Part shown: positions 60,731 through 64,000 of the stretch, one piece after another
Layout of the letters: every line of letters starts with the position of its first letter
Position numbering within the stretch: the stretch's first letter is position 1
Source of the DNA: Blasia pusilla
Lineage: Eukaryota
Assembly (NCBI GenBank): GCA_050084515.1
Contig: CM114271.1
Span: 18,600,001-18,664,000 of the forward strand
Length of the DNA: 64,000 bases
Direction: 5' to 3'
The notes under the pieces: generated by a model
The model's database searches: none
What the model saw: only the letters and a program-made list of their open reading frames with translations
What the model was told of the DNA's origin: nothing
Program-made: the position numbers and the translations under genes

Positions 60731-63662
60731 CGCTCGATGTTGTAGCTATCATCTCTTGGCGTACGTACAAAACGTCCCAAGAAGTTCAAGGATGTCTCTC
60801 TCAATCTCCCCTGGTGTGTCAATCTCCTCGGGTCTTGATCCCACCCACTACCTCCACCGTCTCGGTAGGCATGGGGCTCACCAACGCAACCACTGTGATC
60901 TGTCGCGATCTCATCCGACGCTGCTCAACCACTCCCAAGCTGAAGATCCATGTCTAGCAGTTCAGGTCCATTGCCTGATCCAAGACATGGCGTCATGATG
61001 CCTCAAATACTAACAGTACTATCGTCACTCATGTGGGAAATCCCATCGCCCACTCTCTCTTGTTGGCGTTGGGCTCCACCAACCTCTAAACCTGGTCATC
61101 CCAAACCAAGCCAGGATCGGCCTCCTTGTATGCATAGGAAGTGGGAAAACTCACTTGGGAAACCGCCTACTGCCAACCCTATTAAACCCTAACAAGTGGT
61201 TGATCATCGTGCCTCACCGCTTTTGTGAGTTTAACTGGATCGATCCAAAATGGAATCCACTAACAAATGGGAGGGCGCTCCACTCTCGCATACGCCCTCC
61301 GTAACATCACATGGGGCACCAAGTTGGTCCACTGTAGATGCGGGAGATGGGCTCTAGAACCTACACTCGCCGCATCCAAGAACACTGTTGGGCTGATCCA
61401 GGCACACATCTGATGAGCACTCGTCACCACCAGTGACCTGGAGTCTCCTAAGATCGGCACATTCTCCAGAATGTAGGCTGGAGAACGAGACTGGTGCTCC
61501 TCCAACTACCATAAGACCCTGAACATCTCCCAAAACAACCTAGACCAAGTGTCAGCCAACCCGCAGCCTCGTCCAACACTCGATTGGCCCTCACATGGCC
61601 AACCGGCAATGACAAAATCAATAGTCCCTACCCGCTCTAAGTCTTGCGCCCCGAGCAACGAAATATCCCTCGGTAGGGAACTCTGGTACTCCTATACCGC
61701 GGACGCGGACAATAAGTCGGGAAAACATAGGCGTAATTGCGCCACATGTTGTAGTGAGACGCGCCTCGCAACATCATCACTCTCCACATACAGGTACTGA
61801 TGTACTCGCACTCCTGCCTCCAAAACATGAGCTAACCCGGTGCTTATCCCTCCAAAGAGATTTAACACCACACAATGGACAAGGGTGTCATCGTAGCACT
61901 CCTTGCTACCTCGGGTTTCTCAGACCCATCACGCTCCGCTGCAAATGCCTTGCTCACGCAGTGTGCACGTGCTCATCTGCCAATCATCGAGGCTCCTCGG
62001 TCGAGCCCCATAGCGGCACCTCTCCTCCACAGAATGATGCGGCTACCATAAAACTCCTCTCCATAGAAATGTCAAGAACGGGGTTATCCTCTGCATGGAC
62101 ATGTCCCTCAATCAAATCACTAGGCCAAGTGATGGCACTGCTAAATGCTACTAAGGTCACCATCTCTCCTGGCCGTTGCTTGATCACTGCACCTGTGAAT
62201 CAAATGGGTAGTGAGCTAAGGTGCCCATCACCTGACTACCATCCTGGTTTGTAGGACGCTCACTCCTCCCAGTAATCCAGGGAAAACCCCATCGGGTATA
62301 ACATTGCTCTACCAACCAAGACATCGTAGGACTCTACATCACTCACTATCGCCTTGGCTCGTGCCACGGACTCATCTGTAAGATGTCCCGGGCGAATCCT
62401 CACCACGACCTCATGTCGGGTGATAAACTGTGTGGTACTCGCTCCACCCAAGGATGTCTGTATCCGGAATGGACAACGCTCTACATCGGCTCTTGTCAAG
62501 CCCAATCCTCTTAATGACACTTTCCCCAACATCAGGGGTTGCGCTCCTGAATCCAACAAGATGCGTTGCGGACTAAAAGCTCTACCTTTGGGACTCACCA
62601 ACTCAAAGACCGCTCCTCGGTTATCTAGCAACACAATACCATAAGAAGCCATGGCAAACTCTATCGCGGGTCTAGCAGGCATCTCTGCCATCCTAGCAAC
62701 CGCAGCCTACCATGAATCTAACATGGACGGCCCGAGCATCCGCTCCAAGGGCAGGTCCATCACCTCCTCTGCAATCACCTCTGAACGTGATGCAGGAACT
62801 CCAACTCCGCGCTCACATAGTGAAGCAGCTAGCCGAAAAGCCTCAGCATGCGCACGCCCCAACGTCATAACATCAAAAGCAAAAAATAAAGGAGTGCAAT
62901 ACACAACGGTGGCCACCCCCAACAACGTGCTTGACACATGCCCCTCCTGAGCATCAACAATAGGAGTCATCGTACTCGCTTCTCCCATCGCCCTCCGTGC
63001 CTGCACACCAACAACATCACCAACTCTAGAGGAACTTTGATGAGGACCCATCGATGGGGTCCTCATCGCTTCGGACAACGTGAAAGACTGAAGAAGCCTA
63101 GTCTATTTTCTGGTTTCCCCTCGCTGTGGATCCAACTCTAAGGCTGCTCCACGTGTCACAACTACGGCGGCCTCCATCTAGGAAACCCCACACATCCAAC
63201 CACGATCCTCCAAATCTTAGGCTGCTCCATATGATGTCGATGGCATCGATCCAACATCAGGTAACCTCAATGCCATACCGGAAATCTGCTCCTATAGCTG
63301 TTGTATCTGAGCAGCCATCCCAACCTCACGCTTGGTGTCTCCCTCGGCGCGTCTAGGTGGTGGTACTCTACCTCCTCCACGGGTAGCTCCACCACTATGT
63401 CGGATAACTCGAGCTCCTTGTCCCCCAACGGGACTACCTGGTGCACGATCTCTAGGCCCACTCGGACCAGCTGCTCACTGTGGTGCCCTCTCTGGCCCTC
63501 GGTTCGGACGTAACTCAAGATGTAAACTAAAACACCTAGCACGTGTATGACCATACGTCTGACTATAGTCACACACATAACCTCCTAGTGCAACACCATC
63601 TCCTCCTCCATGTTGAGGCACACGTCCATGACCGTGACGAGTGCAATCGCGTTGATGATGGA
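60730..63662 (-). mobile_element. Inverted third copy: gag knuckles, protease, DNMT
   Basis: Minus strand CDYSQTYGHTRARC, RILLDSGAQ, IAGWPCEGQS, YILENV, AHLPHLQWTNL; homologous to ~49015-51960. Confidence 0.9.
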
Positions 63663-64000
63663 TGTCGTGCGAATCCACATCATCATACAACATACATCGC
63701 TGACATACCATACTCACATACATACATAACATAGACGAGAGCATCCACAAACACAAGTGTACCACAACTGAAATCCGTGGAAGACCTATTGTCATAAAAC
63801 ACGAATAGAATCACATACAATCGAGCCAAACCCAATCCACGATGGGAGAATCCAAGTCGAAGCTTGCGGGAACCACCATAGCCAAGAGCTCTACTCACTA
63901 CCAAGGCTAACTCCCAACGCAGCAGGCTCAACTCAAAGAACTAACTGTTCTTTGAGTGCACTCCACACTATATCCTCCAACTTAAGAGCGGGCCCTACTA
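63663..64000 (-). mobile_element. Right terminus (X-like) of a related element, nested in gag of the inverted copy and running off-window
   Basis: Minus strand ends CAGCGATGTATGTTGTATGATGATGTGGATTCGCACGACA, matching the X2 end CAGCGATGTATGTTGTGTAGCGATGTGTATGCGCACGACA. Confidence 0.75.

Overview
Plant-type eukaryotic genomic DNA with GT-AG introns and heavy transposon load; a non-seed land plant is my inference, not proven. (1) 1-26638 (+): 17 visible exons of a MOM1-like gene, 5' end off-window. Domains: PHD, two chromodomains, degenerate SNF2 ATPase, CMM1, CMM2 and a C-terminal IICLSDDD motif. One exon has an apparent frameshift. A 12.4-kb intron holds a full Ty1/Copia element, itself interrupted by an RTEX-like LINE. 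(2) An intronless DPH1 gene (-). Its 3' flank is an inverted, decayed duplicate of two MOM1 exons, and its upstream region holds a perfect 45-bp inverted copy of its own CDS. (3) Decayed CRE-like, Harbinger and Gypsy remnants. (4) The main discovery: a Gypsy-like retrotransposon family that encodes a DNMT3-like cytosine methyltransferase and a PHD finger with a DDE integrase. The most complete copy is 45794-56133, with partial copies at 29441, 57614 and 60730-63660. It lacks ordinary paired LTRs. Instead it has split direct repeats A1-[gag/pol]-X1-A2-X2, an internal end-to-end junction resembling a circle junction, no tRNA primer site, and a 4-bp target-site duplication (TSD).
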